A stretch of 24,000 bases of DNA from an uncultured Phycisphaeraceae bacterium. Its GTDB lineage: Bacteria; Planctomycetota; Phycisphaerae; Phycisphaerales; Phycisphaeraceae. Location of the stretch: the NCBI GenBank assembly GCA_963799465.1, contig CAWCXG010000001.1:1214001-1238000 (forward strand), in the 5' to 3' direction. This document shows, piece by piece, positions 23,262 to 24,000 of this stretch. The number at the start of each line of letters is the position of its first letter. The stretch's first letter is position 1. Under the pieces are notes generated by a model. The model saw nothing but the letters and a program-made list of their open reading frames with translations. It was not told the origin of the DNA and did not search any database. Both the position numbers and the translations under genes were made by a program.

Positions 23262-24000
23262 TCAGGACGCCGGCGTGGCGGTACGGGTCCGCAGCGTGGG
23301 GAGCTCCGCCTCGCGGGGGATGGGGCTTTCGGTTTCTTCGCTGAGCTTGTGCTCATACAGCGCGAGCAGCGACATCAGCCAGGCACAGGTGGATTCAGCA
23401 CCCTGATCTTCTGCGACGCCCTGGGGGGTGAGCCGATCGCAGCAGCCGCCGGTGGAGTTGTCGTAGAGCGGCAGCCGCAGGTCGTTGTCGCCCAGGAACC
23501 AGTTCAGGCATCGCCGGGCGCGGTGGCGGTAGTGCTCTTCGTTGGTCACGCGGAAGGCTTCGAGATTGGCATCGATGGCGCCGGCGGCTTCGGTGGGCAG
23601 TTGGTCGAAGCGTGCTTTTTCCCCGCCGCGGGGGTACCAGCCTTCGGAGCCGACGGGCGCGAAGCGTTTGTCTTCGCCGGACTGGATCGCGTTGAGCCAA
23701 TTGAGGCTGGCCAGCGCGGTCTGAATCATGTCATTGCGAAACATCCATCGTCCGGAGAGCAGCAGGGCGTGGGGCAGTCGGGCAGCGGTGTAGGTGACCT
23801 GATCCGTCGGCCAGGGCCAGTCGGGACTGGCGTTGTCCTTAAACATGGTGAACAGGCGGGTGGCAAGGGTTTCGCGGATTCGCCGGGCGTTGGTGTCGCC
23901 TGAGAAGCGTCGCAGATAGGCGTGGATGCCGATCAAGGCATACGACAGGCCGTGCGCGTGTTGAAAGGCTTCGCAGGCGGGCAGGGCACGTCGGAGCAGG
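23262..24000 (-). CDS. partial CDS: (alpha/alpha)6-barrel-like domain protein of the kind often fused to group-1 glycosyltransferases (C-terminal part; gene continues past the window end)
   Basis: The reading frame stays open to position 24000 upstream of the listed TTG at 23936. Motifs I recall from this domain family are WPWPTDQVTY, FDQLPTEAAG, WFLGDNDL, STGGCCDRL and EDQGAESTCAWLMSLLAL. The functional assignment is tentative. Confidence 0.6.
   Translation of the reverse strand, partial: LLRRALPACEAFQHAHGLSYALIGIHAYLRRFSGDTNARRIRETLATRLFTMFKDNASPDWPWPTDQVTYTAARLPHALLLSGRWMFRNDMIQTALASLNWLNAIQSGEDKRFAPVGSEGWYPRGGEKARFDQLPTEAAGAIDANLEAFRVTNEEHYRHRARRCLNWFLGDNDLRLPLYDNSTGGCCDRLTPQGVAEDQGAESTCAWLMSLLALYEHKLSEETESPIPREAELPTLRTRTATPAS

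Overview
This is a 24-kb, high-GC bacterial chromosomal segment. Its gene content includes two PEP-CTERM-tailed secreted proteins, a 1060-aa LptD-like outer-membrane protein, Pro/Glu-rich low-complexity linkers and frequent GTGA/ATGA start-stop overlaps. That pattern suggests a Gram-negative of the Planctomycetota/Verrucomicrobiota type, but this is inference only: no search was possible, and all family calls rest on motifs I recognise by eye. I call 1 tRNA (Glu-CUC) and about 21 protein loci. In order they are: rplU; a KS-like thiolase-fold protein plus a membrane-anchored alpha/beta hydrolase; an Fcy1-type cytosine deaminase translationally coupled to an SDR epimerase; a PEP-CTERM protein; a GT2-ZIP-lipoprotein-LptD minus-strand operon; a LysM protein; an FAD oxidoreductase; an aldo/keto reductase; cysE; a low-GC single-gene island encoding a Pycsar-effector-like (PycTM/DUF5706-like) membrane protein; hisF; a second CDA-fold deaminase; a 4-TM protein; lpdA; an SGNH hydrolase with a 39-bp tandem repeat and PEP-CTERM tail; and a partial (alpha/alpha)6-like protein. 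Most of the window is ordinary housekeeping DNA, and I found no CRISPR array, transposase or integrase. Seven items merit a second look. (1) A promoter-to-terminator structured RNA candidate lies directly upstream of cysE and has no family I can assign. (2) The low-GC orphan PycTM-like island is wedged between cysE and hisF. (3) Four single-nucleotide frame disruptions (PycTM-like gene, hisF, lpdA, SGNH signal peptide) all fall between 17 and 23 kb, so they are either assembly indels or gene decay. (4) The KS-like protein has lost the catalytic His-His dyad. (5) A short dispersed intergenic repeat occurs in 2 clear copies and 1 degenerate copy. (6) A perfect 29-bp AT-rich palindrome sits in a divergent promoter region. 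(7) The units of the repeat array differ almost only at synonymous sites.
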